From contig CAZVEX010000003.1 in NCBI GenBank assembly GCA_964625535.1, forward strand, positions 55,524 through 119,523: 64,000 bases of DNA, written 5' to 3'. Below the pieces are notes generated by a model. That model was not told the origin of the DNA, did no database searches, and saw nothing but the letters and a program-made list of their open reading frames with translations. Position numbers and translations under genes: made by a program. This document shows positions 61,701 through 64,000 of the stretch, in pieces; position 1 is the stretch's first letter, and each line of letters begins with the position of its first letter. This DNA comes from an uncultured Gammaproteobacteria bacterium. Lineage in GTDB: Bacteria; Patescibacteriota; Microgenomatia; Daviesbacterales; UBA10151.

Positions 61701-64000
61701 GGGAGGATCGGTGGTAGCTAATGCTTTGGAGGCTGGAAGCTTGCAGGTCAGGGAAAATGCCTATCTTAACAATCAGCTTTATGTGTCTGGAGGAATAAAC
61801 ATAGGAGCAGGAGGTTTGTTATCAAGCGGATCAGTGGGAATAGGGGTATCAACAGGGGTAACAGCCTTAAGAGTAGAACAATTTGGTTTTCAGGGAGTAG
61901 GGTCAACTGCACCTACGGCTATCTTTAATGGAGGGAATGTGGGGATAGGGGCCACCAACTCCCATGTCTTCCCCAATTTAAGCTCCATGCTTTGGGTGGG
62001 AGGTAATGTGGGTATTGGCTGGACAGGAACAGGTACTGCTACTCCAGTTCTTCCCGGCTTAGGATTATCCGTATTTGGTAATGTTGGTATTGGAGCAACT
62101 ACTGCAAACTCTACCCTTTCTGTGGCAGGATCTGCCCATATAGGCAGTTTAAGACAGGGTATAGCTGCCCCTGCCAATGGGTTGTTTGTGGATGGGAATG
62201 TGGGGATAGGGGCTACTACCTCTTCTAATGCTCTGGATGTCTGGGGTAATGCCAGGATTACAGGGGCCTTGACTGTGGGAGGAAATGTAACCCTGTCAGA
62301 TGGTGCTTTAATGGATTTATCAGCTATTAATACTTCTTCCACCACAGAAGGATTGCTTTTACCCCAAGCCACATCCTGTGCTTCCGGTACGGCTGAAGGC
62401 CAGATCTGCTGGGATACTGATAATGACACCCTTTACTTGGGTACAAACGGCAGCCAGGTAACTATAACCGGAGGCAGCCCGGCACTCCATACTATCACCG
62501 CGGCAACCACTACTAACACTATTGCCAATGCCAATAATGCCCAAGTCTGGAACTGGGGGACTTTAACTACTCAAACTGGATTAACCTTTGGCGGTGGTAC
62601 GGCTATGACCACTGGTAGTATTTTTGATTTAGGGTCAGCTACTTATGTTCATACGGCCTTAAATGATATTGGTGAGGTCATAAATATTAACTTCACAGAT
62701 GCTTCAACTAATGCCAACAATGGTGGTACCACGATTGGTTTAAATATAGCCTCAACTATTAATACTTCTGGTGCTGGCACTAAATCTATCACAGGCGTTA
62801 ATATTGCCACTCCTACCAAAACAGCCTGCACAACCGGTGCTTGTACCTGGACAGGTCTGGCAATTGCTGACCCCGGAACACTGGCTAATACCACATTTTA
62901 TGCTGCTACCTTTGCCGGCGGCAACGTCGGCATTGGCTTTACTGCACCTGACAGGTTAACTCAGATAGGATCGGATATAAACATAGTAGGTTCTAATACT
63001 TCACTTTTGGGAGCAGCAGGTAGCCAGTTTGCCATAACCGGAGGATCTGCCACAGGATTACAAAAGAAATTAGTCCTAGGCCTAGATACTACAGATAACT
63101 ATGGAGTAATCCAGGCAGGGAATACTTCAGGGACTAATTATGATTTATCCCTCAATCCTGCCGGAGGAAATATCGGCATCGGGACTACTACTCCTTTAAG
63201 CTTACTGCATCTTGACGGCAATATTGTCAGCATGCAAATCCGTTCCGCGTCAGATACAGCAGGTCAGGGAATTGGATATATTGCTGAACGATCCCGCGGC
63301 ACTCAAGCTGCCCCAACCGCCATTCAAGCTGATGACATGATCATGTCTTTAGCCAGTCGAGGATATGATGGGTCCTCTTTCACTACTCAAGCCGCCATAC
63401 GTTCTTTTGCTTCTCAAAACTTTACTGGTTCTAATAAAGGCACTTATTTAACTTTTTTGACAACACCCAATAATTCCACAACGAATACGGAAAGAATGAG
63501 AATAGACAATGGCGGCAACGTTGGCATTGGGTTTACCTCACCTACCAGATTATTAGAACTGGCTGTGGATGCTAACCCTGCAGGAACTAATGCATCATTA
63601 ATTAATACAGCAGGAACTACCCAATTAGCTTTAACAGGCACCGCAGCAAATGCCCAGAAAAAGTTAGTCCTGGGTATAGATACCACAGATAACTATGGAG
63701 TAATCCAGGCAGGGAATACTTCAGGGACTAATTATGATTTATCCCTAAATCCTGCCGGAGGGAATGTGGGGATAGGGACTACTTCCCCTCTTGCTCCTTT
63801 ACATGTCTGGGGTAATAATACAAATTCTGCCTTCTTCCTAAATGGCAACGTCGGCATTGGGATGACGAGCCCGGGGACACTTCTCCATTTAAAACATACG
63901 GGTGACGCGGCCATTACCCTCGAGGCGGATACGGATAATACCTCCGAAACAGATAACGCCTATATTAGATTCTTGCAGGACAATCGTCTTATCGAATCAG
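52714..64000 (+). CDS. Giant surface fibre/adhesin-like protein (>3,760 aa, 3' truncated): HTH_17/MerR-like domain, TM, GNVGIG beta-repeats, LVIVD propeller
   Basis: Frame 1 from ATG 52714 reads [46 protein letters not shown], with TM [24 protein letters not shown] at about aa 110 and dozens of GNVGIG motifs. No stop was found in the segments translated, and its absence from the ORF track fits a frame open to the window end. Confidence 0.9.
   Translation, partial: [3762 protein letters not shown]
54640..56705 (+). repeat. Near-exact internal duplication in the giant gene (about 54640-55490 vs 55825-56705)
   Basis: Identical sequence at offset 1185 nt, then 1215 nt after a replaced segment. 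Mirrored by matching antisense ORFs 54756-55403 and 55941-56618. Confidence 0.9.
56713..57733 (+). repeat. Second internal duplication in the giant gene (about 250 bp, offset 768 nt)
   Basis: Antisense ORFs 56778-56963 and 57546-57731 are identical, and the DNA matches on inspection. Confidence 0.9.

Noticed and set aside
53065-63914. About 30 short ORFs in the track, mostly minus strand and rich in PIPTLP
   Set aside because: They are antisense shadows of the GNVGIG repeats, or off-frame pieces, of the giant plus-strand gene.

Overview
This is a 64 kb chromosomal segment of a small-genome bacterium using genetic code 11. Gene content and style (compact genes, PEGA/sortase/dockerin surface proteins, extended rplA/rplL N-termini) suggest Patescibacteria (CPR), probably a Microgenomates-type lineage; that assignment is inference. 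The housekeeping backbone has two mreB, def-fmt, rpmB, rpmG, secE-nusG-rplK-rplA, rplJ-rplL, ndk, argS, leuS, comEA/comEC and five tRNAs. An accessory block of about 15 kb (glycoside hydrolases, an LCP-amidase fusion, orphans, PBP1A) lies between tRNA-Trp and secE. Non-coding RNAs read directly from the sequence are a probable 6S RNA, an L10 leader, and an Arg T-box with an ultrashort Stem I ahead of argH-argG-argF-argS. The standout is 46.5-64 kb. It holds an F1-type ATPase cluster (b-like, delta, alpha, gamma, beta, short epsilon) with no subunit a. Its only c-like hairpin lacks the ion-binding carboxylate and is fused to a domain resembling the chaperone domain of trimeric fibre proteins. 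Directly downstream is a giant ORF absent from the ORF track (>3,760 aa, runs off the window) with a MerR/BldC-like HTH, one TM helix, dozens of GNVGIG fibre repeats and a 7-bladed LVIVD propeller. Together these are a candidate ion-uncoupled rotary motor serving a giant surface fibre. Leaderless promoters, REP-like elements inserted in frame, and heptamer microsatellites recur across the window. No searches or folding computations were run.
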